NCBI GenBank assembly: GCA_002790835.1
Contig: PFVX01000022.1
Coordinates: forward strand, 4,308-68,307
DNA: 64,000 bases
Origin: a bacterium CG_4_9_14_3_um_filter_65_15
Lineage (GTDB): Bacteria > Krumholzibacteriota > Krumholzibacteriia > LZORAL124-64-63
Direction: 5' to 3'
Position numbers and translations under genes: made by a program. The notes under the pieces were generated by a model. The model had not been told where the DNA came from. It searched no databases and saw only the letters and a list, made by a program, of their open reading frames with translations. Each line of letters starts with the position of its first letter. Position 1 is the first letter of the stretch. Positions 18,237 through 27,184 of the stretch are shown in pieces.

Positions 18237-19688
18237 TTAGCGATCCTGTTCGGGGTTCGCGTTCGAGTCCCGGCGGTCGAGCACGTCGGCGCCGACGGGG
18301 ACCGCAGCCATGTATTCGAGTCGGGCCAGGCCGACCTGGTAGTCGTGCAGGGCCTGGACGAGGTTGCCTTCGGCCATGTTGGCCGCCGCCTGGGTATCCA
18401 GAAGGTCGACCATGCTGACCAGACCTTCGCGATACTGGTTGGTGACGATGCGCAGCCCCTCGCGGGCGGAAGTCACCGCCTCACGCGCCACCGCCACCTT
18501 GTCGTGGGCGGCGGCGAGGTTGAGCCAGGCCTCGGTGGCCTGGACGCCGGCCTGGCGGGTTTCGAAATCGGCCATGTATCGGGCCGCCCGTTCCTGGGCG
18601 CGCGCCTTCTTCAACGCGCTGATGTTCTGCAGCCCCTTGAAGACATCCCAGGTGGCGTACACCCCGAGGGTCCAACTGTCGGCGTCGTTTCCGAAGATCT
18701 TGTCCTGGCTGTAGTAGTCCTTCTGCACGCCGAGATTCACGTGCGGGAGCATGGCCCCGCGGGCGACGCCAACCATCTTGCCTGCGGCATCGGCCTGCTT
18801 CCGCCGGGCGGCGATGTCCGCGCGGCTTCGGGAGCCGGCGGGATCGAACTGCGCCGGGGGTGGGGTCACGGGTTCGACTTCCAGATCCCGGGCCACAGCC
18901 AGGGGGAGGTCGGTGTCCACGGCCGTCAGGAGCTTGATGTATTGCCCGGCCACCGCGACCATGTTCTGGACCTCGATGAACCGCTGCTGCAGGCCGCTGA
19001 GATAGACCTTGGCCTGGAGCAGGTCGGCCTCGGTCGCCATCTCGTTGTCCACCATGGACTGGGCTTGGCCCACGTGCCCCTCGGCCGAAGCCACCGCGGC
19101 CTTCATCACGCGTTCGTAAGCCTGGGCCAGGGCCAGCCCTTCGTAGGCCTCGATCGCCTTCAAGGCCACGGTCTGTCCGGCACGCTGGTGGTCGAGGGAG
19201 GCGGCGTCGCTGGCGGCGTTGGCCGCCTGCTTGCCGAACAACCCCATGCCGCCGTTGAAAAGCGGCTGCAGCAACTGCAGGCGCGTGATGCGTTGATTGG
19301 TCTCGCCGGGATAATTCAGCCCCACGGGGCCGAAGTCGGTCTGCGGGTTGACCGCGCGGTTCTGCAGGCGGAAACCGAAGCTGCTGAGGGCGTCGTCGCT
19401 GCGCAAGAAGAACTCGCCCAGTTGCATTTGGGGCAGGAAGCCCCGCCAGGCGCCCTGGGCGTCGGCGGCGGCGGCATCCTGCATGGCCTGCGAGGCGGCG
19501 AGCATCTCGTTGCCCTGGCGGGCCGACAGCAGGATCTTGCCTCGATCCACGAAGAGGGTGTCGTCGTGCACGACGCCGATCCGGGTAACGTCATTGGCCG
19601 CGGTGGCGGTGTTCTCGGCGGCGCTGCCGTTGACGGGGACCACCGCCGGGATCAGAAGCATGAGGATTCCGATTCCTTTGCGAATCAT
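18237..19688 (-). CDS. TolC-family outer-membrane efflux protein
   Basis: Signal peptide, two OEP repeats (QPLFNGG; YREGLVSMVDLLD); upstream of the MFP and RND genes. Confidence 0.9.
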   Translation of the reverse strand: MIRKGIGILMLLIPAVVPVNGSAAENTATAANDVTRIGVVHDDTLFVDRGKILLSARQGNEMLAASQAMQDAAAADAQGAWRGFLPQMQLGEFFLRSDDALSSFGFRLQNRAVNPQTDFGPVGLNYPGETNQRITRLQLLQPLFNGGMGLFGKQAANAASDAASLDHQRAGQTVALKAIEAYEGLALAQAYERVMKAAVASAEGHVGQAQSMVDNEMATEADLLQAKVYLSGLQQRFIEVQNMVAVAGQYIKLLTAVDTDLPLAVARDLEVEPVTPPPAQFDPAGSRSRADIAARRKQADAAGKMVGVARGAMLPHVNLGVQKDYYSQDKIFGNDADSWTLGVYATWDVFKGLQNISALKKARAQERAARYMADFETRQAGVQATEAWLNLAAAHDKVAVAREAVTSAREGLRIVTNQYREGLVSMVDLLDTQAAANMAEGNLVQALHDYQVGLARLEYMAAVPVGADVLDRRDSNANPEQDR

Positions 19689-19704
19689 GTCGGACTTCTC
19701 CTGG

Positions 19705-19911
19705 TTAAGCGGCGTCGCCGGTCGAATCGGGCACGCCCAGTTTGCGCAGGATGGAGGACATCAGGCACCATTTCGTCAGGCCGCTCTGGAAGAGGTTGGC
19801 GCCCACGAACGCGGTGAACCAAAGCCAGTTGGGATGGACGAAATGGGCCAGGGCCAAACTGCCCAGGATCATGGCCCCCGCAATGACGTGAAGGAGGCGG
19901 TCGACGGTCAT
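19705..19911 (-). CDS. DUF2892/YgaP-like membrane protein
   Basis: MTVDRLLHVIAG...FVGANLFQSGLTKWCLM; AAGGAG RBS before the ATG at 19911. Confidence 0.9.
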   Translation of the reverse strand: MTVDRLLHVIAGAMILGSLALAHFVHPNWLWFTAFVGANLFQSGLTKWCLMSSILRKLGVPDSTGDAA

Positions 19912-19980
19912 GTCAGGATCTCCTTGGCTCATGGGCCTCGGCCGGAAAGGGGCCGGCCCCCTTAAATCAACTATCTGCGA

Positions 19981-20009
19981 ATATTAAAATTTAATCAGTT
20001 CATTGTCAA
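19981..20009 (-). promoter_or_regulatory. Sigma-70 promoter of the DUF2892-RND operon with an overlapping palindrome
   Basis: TTGACA-N17-TAATAT on the minus strand; the inverted repeat ATTAAA-A-TTTAAT (19983-19995) overlaps the spacer and -10. Confidence 0.75.
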
Positions 20010-20145
20010 GAGGGTTTTTGTGGAACCGTTAGAACCTTAACAGGTTGTTCCTCCCCGTCAATTCCTCTGGTGGGTGGCGAGCGACGGCCCTTGCAGGTAA
20101 TGTGGGCTGCGGCCTTGTGGCACCGAGCCCAAACTGGAGGATAGC

Positions 20146-21087
20146 ATGTCCGCGCCACCGCAACGAGAGCTTTTGATCGCCCGACCTCGCGGGTTTTGCG
20201 CCGGGGTCGATCGCGCCATCGCCGTGGTCAATCTTCTGCTGGAACAGAACGGCGCACCGCTGCATGTGCGGCGGGAGATCGTGCACAACAAGTCCGTGGT
20301 CGAGGATTTCCGGGCGCGAGGCGTGGTTTTCGTGGATGAACTGGGCGAGGTGCCCGACGGCCAGGTGGTCGTGTTCAGCGCCCATGGCGTGTCACCGGCC
20401 GTGCGGGAGGACGCCGATCGGCGCGGCCTGCGGGTCGTGGATGCCACGTGCCCGCTGGTGACCAAGGTCCACCAGGAGATCGTCAAGCACGCCGCCGAGG
20501 GTTATCGGTTGATTCTCATCGGGCACGCGGGCCACGACGAGGTTCTGGGGACCATGGGCGAAGCGCCGGATCGCATCACCCTGGTGACGAGCGTGGCGGA
20601 TGTGGCCGCACTGGATTTTCCCGCCGGAACGCCGCTGGCCTACGCCACGCAGACCACTTTGAGCGTCGATGAAACGCACGACATCGTGGCCGCTCTCAAG
20701 GCCCGTTACCCCGATCTGCACGAACCCCGGCGCAGCGATATCTGCTACGCGACCCAGAATCGGCAGGATGCCGTCAAGGCGCTGGTTCAGGCGGGCGTTC
20801 AGCATCTGCTGGTGGTGGGCTCGCGGACCAGCAGCAACAGCCGGCGCCTGTGCGAGGTGGCCGAGAATCTGGGGGCATCGGCTTCCCTCATCGACAGCAG
20901 CGAGGACATCGACCCCGGCCGCCTGAGCTCCGTCGCGGTCCTGGGCTTGACTGCCGGAGCCTCGGCGCCCGAACACCTGGTTCAGAATGTCGTGGTTCAT
21001 TTGCGCCGGGAAGGCTGGAATCCGCGGGAATTGGTGACCCTGGAAGAAAATGTCGCCTTCAGCCTACCTAGTGAGTTGATTGGATGA
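20146..21087 (+). CDS. ispH: 4-hydroxy-3-methylbut-2-enyl diphosphate reductase
   Basis: PRGFCAGV, IVHN, SAHG, DATCPLV, DICYATQNRQ, SSNS and TAGASAP. Confidence 0.97.
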   Translation: MSAPPQRELLIARPRGFCAGVDRAIAVVNLLLEQNGAPLHVRREIVHNKSVVEDFRARGVVFVDELGEVPDGQVVVFSAHGVSPAVREDADRRGLRVVDATCPLVTKVHQEIVKHAAEGYRLILIGHAGHDEVLGTMGEAPDRITLVTSVADVAALDFPAGTPLAYATQTTLSVDETHDIVAALKARYPDLHEPRRSDICYATQNRQDAVKALVQAGVQHLLVVGSRTSSNSRRLCEVAENLGASASLIDSSEDIDPGRLSSVAVLGLTAGASAPEHLVQNVVVHLRREGWNPRELVTLEENVAFSLPSELIG

Positions 21088-21107
21088 CAAGAAGTTATGC
21101 CCATATC

Positions 21108-21160
21108 TATGCAGATTTGCATAAATTGGACTTTACACCGTTCAATTGACCGTCTATCAT
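21108..21160 (+). promoter_or_regulatory. Palindromic site plus sigma-70 promoter of the ArsR gene
   Basis: TATGCA-GATT-TGCATA (21108-21123) followed by TTTACA-N17-TATCAT (21132-21160). Confidence 0.6.
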
Positions 21161-21239
21161 CGTCTTAACGCAACCCGTTGGCCGGCATGACCCCAGCTCG
21201 GTTCGACGGCCGGTGTATCACTCTGGTGAGGTCACGGGT

Positions 21240-21575
21240 ATGGAAAAAAAACTGTACGAAATGCAAGCCGAGCTCTGCAAGACCCTGTCGAATCCCAAGC
21301 GTTTGGAGATCCTGGATATTCTCAAGGAACGCGACGAGATCTCGGTCAACGACTTGGCGGAATTGCTGGAGATTCCCAAGGCCAATACGTCCCAACACTT
21401 GGCCGTGCTGCGCCAGGCGCGAGTGGTGAACACCCGCAAGGACGGCATCAACGTCTACTATAGCCTCCGGTCGGACAAGATTTCCGAAGCCTGCGCCCTG
21501 ACCCGCCAGATCCTCCTGGAGAGGCTGCAGGATCAGGTCAACCTGTCGGATCTGATCCAGAAGAACCAGACCTGA
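21240..21575 (+). CDS. ArsR/SmtB-family transcriptional regulator
   Basis: LSNPKRLEIL, wHTH SQHLAVLR and wing VYYSL; Cys residues in the first (ELCK) and last (EAC) helices. Confidence 0.92.
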   Translation: MEKKLYEMQAELCKTLSNPKRLEILDILKERDEISVNDLAELLEIPKANTSQHLAVLRQARVVNTRKDGINVYYSLRSDKISEACALTRQILLERLQDQVNLSDLIQKNQT

Positions 21576-21581
21576 CCCCCG

Positions 21582-24500
21582 TTACGGCAGCAGGGTTTTT
21601 GCCAGACGATCCACCAGCAGGTGGATCGTCTGCGTATCGGGCCTCAGGGGGGCGGGCCAGCTCTGCGAATCGGTCGTCAGTTTCCGGATGACGTCGTCCG
21701 GTCCCGGCGGGACGTCATCCACGATGTATCCTGCCTGTCGCAGGTCGGATTCCAGTTCATTCACCTTGGCCTGCTGGAGGCGCTTGACCTTCTTCTCCCG
21801 CAACCCCGCGATCAATTCCTTGCCGCTGCCGCAGACCTTTTCCCGGAATTCCTGGATCTGCGGCAGCAATCCGGAACTCCCCAGGACGCTCTCCTGCAGG
21901 ATCTGCGGCGTTATCCGCGGGGGGCGGCCACGCCGCCACAGGGGAAGGAACTGGTGCCAGAGCTTGACCACGGCGTCGAGACGCTCGGTTTCGGCGGGAG
22001 TGACGGTGCCGCCTTCGGCCAGTTGCACCTTGGCCTGGCGCCAGCGGCCCACTGTCGAGACGCCCGCGGTCAACAGGCGGTGCAGCAGGGGCAAGTCCCC
22101 ACTCAACAGATAGAACAGGTGGAGGGCTTCGGGTTCGTCGAATAGCCCAGGTTGCGGAACCTGGAGCGCCGCGGCGTAGGCGGCGCCGTCCATGCCCGCC
22201 GGGTCGGGGGGCAACAGGTCCGCTCGCCGTTCCTCGGACCAGACGGACAGGATGTCCGGGGGCGTCGCGGCGGCGGTTTTTCGCACCTCGGCCAGGTCGA
22301 CGACATGGGGGGGATCCAGGTTTTCCCGGGCGAGAATCTTCCGCCAGGCGTCCACCTCGCTGGGACGGGCGCAGATGGAGATGATCTGCAGGCCTTTTTC
22401 CCTGGCGATCCGTCCCAGGCCGACCACGGCGGCGGCGAAGCGTTCGGGGTCGCTGGTGGTCAAGGCGTCGTCCAGGAACAGAGGGGGATGGTCTGGAATG
22501 TTCTGCGCCGCCAGGAAACCCATGCGGACCGCCAGCAACAGCTGGGTTCGCGTGCCGGTGGAAAGTCGCGCGAGGTCCAGGTCGAGCCGGGTGTCGGGGT
22601 CGTGCACCACGAAGGTGGATTGTCCGTCCGCCAGGGGAGAGCAGGCCAGCGTGTAGGGCAGGCCGGTGATGAGATCCAGGAGATCCTCGGCGCGGTCCAG
22701 GGCGTCCGGTCGCGTCGTGTTGCTGTATTCCCTGGAGACTTCATCCAGGAGAAGGCAACCCAGGCCGTCCTCCAGCCGGGTGCGCCAGGTAGCGGCGAGA
22801 TTCCCCTCGAGGCGGGCCTCGTCGGCCAGGGCGGATTCCAGATCATGGCCCTGGGACGCGGCCTCGAGTTCTGCGCTCAGGGCGCCGATGCTCGTGTTGA
22901 TTTCGTCGGCCCGTGCGGCGAGATCCTCCTCCTGAAGCAGGCGTTCGGCAATTGCGCCGGGTTCCCATTGCCGGGGGTCGTCGTCGGGAAAGAAGCGGTC
23001 CAACGCGGCGAGTCCACGGTCGAGCTGCTGGAGTCGGCCTTCGGTCTCCTTGATGCGGTCGACCAGGTCATGATGGCGGCTTCCGGCCCGTTGCAGTTGT
23101 TCCAGATCGCGACGATTCCGGTGGTCGGCATCCAGCTCGAGGGAGCGGAACAGTTCCTCGTCATCCTGCTCGTACCGTTGGCCCAGGCGCTCCAGGCGGT
23201 CGCACTCCAGCCGGGCGGCCGCCAGATCCTGGCCGAGCTGCGCCCGGTCGGACCACTCCCGGTCCAGGCGGACCAGGGCCCCGCGCGCGGCTTCGCCGTC
23301 GTCCACCGTGGGCCGGCCCAGGCGGACCAGAAGAGTGTTGACCGCATCCCGAACCAGGTCCCGTTGTTGCCGGGCGGCGGCTTCCGCGCTGCGGGCCTTG
23401 GCCAGGCGGCGCCGTTCATCCTGGGCGTTTCGCACGCGGTCCAGCACGAGGAACCCATCGGCATCTTCCAGGTCCAGGGAGACGCCGTGGGCCTGCAAAA
23501 GATCGGTCAGGCGGGAGCGGGCTTGGTCCCGCTTCAACTCGGCGTCCCGCAGACGCAGCTCGTGTTCGGCGCCCGTAACGGGAGATCCCCGCCGGGTGGC
23601 CACCAGGATGATGCCGCCGGCCAACCCCAGGGCGCATACGACGCCGCCCCAGAGGCGGAGGTCCGGCGCCAGGAACATCAGCGCCAGGCCGATCAGGGCC
23701 GTCATGGCCGGGGCGATCCCCAGCACCCACGTTCGCTGCGGAGCGCCGGCTGGTGCATGGTCCCCCAGGTCACGCAGACCATCGGCAATGGCGCGCCGGT
23801 CCCGGTACTTCTCCCAGGCGTCCTGGATGCGACGCACGGTGTCCGCATCGAGATCGCCGGCCACGCTGTCGGAGTCGGAAAGACCGGAGGTGGACTCCGC
23901 GCCGGACCATTCGGCCACGGTGCGACGAGCCTGGTCCAGACGGGCTTCCGCCTCCTTCAGTTCCGTGATGCGGCCCTCCAGCTCCGCCCGGTCCCCGGCC
24001 TGGTCCGGGGCGGAGGTCGGTGGGTCGGCCGGAAGTTTGCCCTGCAGATCATCACAGCGGGACCGCGCGTTTTCCAGCTCCGCGCGGACGTTCTGCAGGT
24101 CCTGCCGCCGCTGGTCGAACAAGTCGAGATCCTGGGCGCCCATCCTGGCCGCGCCGGGGGCCAGGGCCCCGAGTTCGCTGCGCAGATCCTCCAGTTCCCG
24201 TTCCAGATCCCGGCGGTCGCGGAGGGCCGCCAGGAGATCCCGGCGTTCCCGCGCCAGACGGGCTTGCCCGCTGTCCCGTTCGAGATTCTTCAGTTTGCGG
24301 CGATCCTGATCCAGGGCCTCCTGGCGGCTGGTGATCGTCCGGACCCGGCGCCGAGCCTCCTCCAGGTCGCGTTTCAGGACCCGGATACTCAGCCCCGAAG
24401 TCGTGAAAAGGGAATCCCGCAGGCCGGCGGTATCGAGCCCACCGGCCAAATCCACCGTCAGCCGCCGGGCGAGGTCGGCGTCGTCGCCGTCCAGATGGGT

Positions 24501-24839
24501 GGGCATCAGGTCGAGGATGTCCAGGTGGTAACAGGCTGCGAGGTGGCCGGGCGGCAGCTCGGGAGCGGGTACGGTCCGCCCATCTTCGGTCCAGATCACG
24601 CTTGAGGCGGCGCCCACACCGGTGAGGGTCCGGCCCGCGCTCTGCAGGCGCACCCGGATCTCCCGCTGCGGATCGGAGGAGAACCGCTTTGGCCACAGCA
24701 GCCAGGCCACGGCCCGGGCCACCGAACTCTTGCCCGACCCGTTGGGGCCGGTCAGAAGGTTCAGGCCCGGTTGCAGGTCGAAGCGGAATCCCGGTTCGAT
24801 GCCGGGCAGGCGGGTGACGCCGATTTCAAGAAGATCCAC
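21582..24839 (-). CDS. YhaN-like SMC/Rad50-type coiled-coil ATPase with a central TM hairpin
   Basis: GTG start after AGGAGG. Walker A GPNGSGKS, long coiled coil, two TM segments, signature LSTGT and Walker B LFLDD. The ORF-track start at 25208 overlaps the upstream gene. Confidence 0.88.
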   Translation of the reverse strand: MDLLEIGVTRLPGIEPGFRFDLQPGLNLLTGPNGSGKSSVARAVAWLLWPKRFSSDPQREIRVRLQSAGRTLTGVGAASSVIWTEDGRTVPAPELPPGHLAACYHLDILDLMPTHLDGDDADLARRLTVDLAGGLDTAGLRDSLFTTSGLSIRVLKRDLEEARRRVRTITSRQEALDQDRRKLKNLERDSGQARLARERRDLLAALRDRRDLERELEDLRSELGALAPGAARMGAQDLDLFDQRRQDLQNVRAELENARSRCDDLQGKLPADPPTSAPDQAGDRAELEGRITELKEAEARLDQARRTVAEWSGAESTSGLSDSDSVAGDLDADTVRRIQDAWEKYRDRRAIADGLRDLGDHAPAGAPQRTWVLGIAPAMTALIGLALMFLAPDLRLWGGVVCALGLAGGIILVATRRGSPVTGAEHELRLRDAELKRDQARSRLTDLLQAHGVSLDLEDADGFLVLDRVRNAQDERRRLAKARSAEAAARQQRDLVRDAVNTLLVRLGRPTVDDGEAARGALVRLDREWSDRAQLGQDLAAARLECDRLERLGQRYEQDDEELFRSLELDADHRNRRDLEQLQRAGSRHHDLVDRIKETEGRLQQLDRGLAALDRFFPDDDPRQWEPGAIAERLLQEEDLAARADEINTSIGALSAELEAASQGHDLESALADEARLEGNLAATWRTRLEDGLGCLLLDEVSREYSNTTRPDALDRAEDLLDLITGLPYTLACSPLADGQSTFVVHDPDTRLDLDLARLSTGTRTQLLLAVRMGFLAAQNIPDHPPLFLDDALTTSDPERFAAAVVGLGRIAREKGLQIISICARPSEVDAWRKILARENLDPPHVVDLAEVRKTAAATPPDILSVWSEERRADLLPPDPAGMDGAAYAAALQVPQPGLFDEPEALHLFYLLSGDLPLLHRLLTAGVSTVGRWRQAKVQLAEGGTVTPAETERLDAVVKLWHQFLPLWRRGRPPRITPQILQESVLGSSGLLPQIQEFREKVCGSGKELIAGLREKKVKRLQQAKVNELESDLRQAGYIVDDVPPGPDDVIRKLTTDSQSWPAPLRPDTQTIHLLVDRLAKTLLP

Positions 24840-26136
24840 GACGGACCTCCTGGTCGGCTGTGCGGGCATCGAGGATGCGGTAGGCCTGTTGCACCAGGAT
24901 CTCGCGGAGTTCGGCCCGGCCCAATTCCTTGTGCTCGGCGGAGAGGTGGGCGAAGTCCTGGTGCGCCTGCAGGTCGCCCAGGGCAACCTGGGCCTGCGCA
25001 AGGATGCGGCCGGCCGGTTCGCCGTCGGGGTCGTCCTGCAGAGCCAAGATGGCCCGGGCCAGCAGGGCGGTGGGGTCATCGCGCCGGGCGATCTGCTGCA
25101 GGTCATGGTCACCGGTGACCCGGGACCGGAGTCGCTGGACGAAGAGCCGGACGCCATCGGCCGAAGTGGACAGGCTCGGCAGGTCCCAGGCGCCGATGGT
25201 GTGCGCAATCTGCATGGGGTGCGCCACCCGTCCGGTCAATTCCATCCGAAAACCCAAAGCCTGCAGTTCCTCTGCCTCGGGAGCGGCCCGCCGCCACTCG
25301 AGCATGGCCTTGAGGATGGCGGGGGCCAGGCTTTCGCGGGGGTCGACAAGATCGGGGCAAGGCAGTTGCCGGTGTTCCCAGCGCAGGGGGGCCAGGGGCA
25401 ACCGCTCGGCGGTCCACTGCCCCCGCGCATCCAGGCCGGCCAGCACCGGGCCGTGGACCCCCGTCTCGCTGGGGTCAAGGGGCGTGAGGGATCCCAGGTA
25501 CATGGGGGACCCATCGGCGGCCACGGGGTCGGGCCGGTGGATGTGGCCGAGAAACCAGCGCGAATACCCCACGGCCCGCAGGGCGCTCGCGGTCACGGGA
25601 GCGTAGCGGCTGGAGGGGTCTTCCAGGTCGGCGTGGAGCAGCCCCACGGTGACTTCTGCGGCCTGGGGCGCAGGCGGGGGAGAATCGAGGGGACTGGTGG
25701 CGTGATGGCGGTCGGGAAACGACCAACCGACGATGCGGATCGGCAGGGATGCGCCGCTGCGTACCAGGTGGGAACTCCAGGTTCCCCCCGCTCCCAGCAG
25801 GTGGAAGCCTTCTCCCAGTTCGGCGGCCAAGCGGGGCAGGGTCCGGGTGTCGTGATTGCCGGCCACGGCCACGACCTGGATGTTCTGCTCCAGCAGCGAC
25901 CGCATGGCGGCATCCAGGGCGCCGTAGGCCTCGAACAGGTCGTTGGAGCCTTCCACCAGATCCCCGGCGAAGGCCACGGCCTGGACCCGATGGCGGACCG
26001 CGGCGTCGACGACCCGCTGCAGGGCGGCGGCGGGCCCGTAGGTTTCCGGCCCGAGCTCATCGGGCAGACCGGTGGGACGGCGTCCGAGATGCATGTCGCC
26101 GACCAGGAGAATGCGAGTGGAAAGATCCGGGGACAA
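24826..26136 (-). CDS. YhaO/SbcD/Mre11-like metallophosphoesterase nuclease
   Basis: GDMHLG, AGDLVE, GNHD, LLH and LGHIH motifs; overlaps the start of the ATPase gene. Confidence 0.9.
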   Translation of the reverse strand: MSPDLSTRILLVGDMHLGRRPTGLPDELGPETYGPAAALQRVVDAAVRHRVQAVAFAGDLVEGSNDLFEAYGALDAAMRSLLEQNIQVVAVAGNHDTRTLPRLAAELGEGFHLLGAGGTWSSHLVRSGASLPIRIVGWSFPDRHHATSPLDSPPPAPQAAEVTVGLLHADLEDPSSRYAPVTASALRAVGYSRWFLGHIHRPDPVAADGSPMYLGSLTPLDPSETGVHGPVLAGLDARGQWTAERLPLAPLRWEHRQLPCPDLVDPRESLAPAILKAMLEWRRAAPEAEELQALGFRMELTGRVAHPMQIAHTIGAWDLPSLSTSADGVRLFVQRLRSRVTGDHDLQQIARRDDPTALLARAILALQDDPDGEPAGRILAQAQVALGDLQAHQDFAHLSAEHKELGRAELREILVQQAYRILDARTADQEVRRGSS

Positions 26137-26224
26137 TGGGCGCGCTCCAGGGAAAAATTCTTCCCTCCCATTATGATGCGCGCCGCAGGCACTGTCCAGC
26201 GCCCGCTGGGGAGAATGGGGGAAA

Positions 26225-27136
26225 TCAGTCCAGGAGCTTGAGGATCTCCATGGATTGTTCGATTTCCGCCTCGATGGCCGAGCGATGCAGGTCGAAGTCG
26301 TCGAGGGAGAATTCCAGAAGTTTGAGGGCGTCCTGCGAACACTTCTTGGGAGCCCAGGCTCCCGGCGCTCCGAGGTCCATCTGGTAGGACAGGAAATCGG
26401 CCACGTGCACCAGAGACGCCAAGTGAGGAGCCTTGGTTGCGGTAATGGGCAAGTGGTGGCAGTTCACGGCATCGGAGATGTGGGGAGGGAATTTCCACTG
26501 CTTGAACACCGTCTTGGCGATCATCGCGTGATGGGACTGGAAGAGGGCCTTTTCGCACTCGAACCAGGACAGGTGCAGCTCTTTGGCCGCATAGCAGACC
26601 TCATCGAAATCCTCGGGGAAGTAACGCTTCTCGATGAGTTTGCCGGCGTCGTGGAGCAATCCGGCGACGAAGGCCTCCTCGGCCTGCTGGATATTCAGGA
26701 CCGGTGCCAGGACCTTGCAGATACTGGCCACGGCGACGCTGTGCCGCCAGTACTGGGCCATGTCCAGGTGAGGGTTGGACTCCTCGTCCTTGAAGTAGTC
26801 GAAAACACTGATGGCCAGGGCCGCGCTGCGCACGGCCTGGAAGCCGAGAATCACCACGGCGCGGCTGATGGTGTTGATGTGCTTGCTGTAGCCGTAGAAG
26901 GCGGAATTGACCAGGTGCAGGACCTTGGCGGTCAGGGCCTGATCCTGGGAAATGATCTCCGCGACCCGGGACACGCTGACTTCCGGGTCCTGCATCTGCT
27001 GAAACAGTGCCTGATAAATCACCGGGAGGGTGGGGATCTCGGTGATGATCCCCTTAAGTTCCCGGGGGTGAAGATCCATCAGAGATTTTGTCATCGCGGA
27101 CGTCACAGTCTTCTCCTCGAAGATGGGCGTGCTCAT
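26225..27136 (-). CDS. Stand-alone HDOD-domain protein
   Basis: IPTLP, DQALTAKVLHLVNSAFYG, WRHS, GLLHDAGK and WKFP. Start uncertain. Confidence 0.9.
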   Translation of the reverse strand: MSTPIFEEKTVTSAMTKSLMDLHPRELKGIITEIPTLPVIYQALFQQMQDPEVSVSRVAEIISQDQALTAKVLHLVNSAFYGYSKHINTISRAVVILGFQAVRSAALAISVFDYFKDEESNPHLDMAQYWRHSVAVASICKVLAPVLNIQQAEEAFVAGLLHDAGKLIEKRYFPEDFDEVCYAAKELHLSWFECEKALFQSHHAMIAKTVFKQWKFPPHISDAVNCHHLPITATKAPHLASLVHVADFLSYQMDLGAPGAWAPKKCSQDALKLLEFSLDDFDLHRSAIEAEIEQSMEILKLLD

Positions 27137-27184
27137 GCTAGGTAACTTCTTTATCGGAAGGGGAAACAAGGTGATTAAGGAAAA

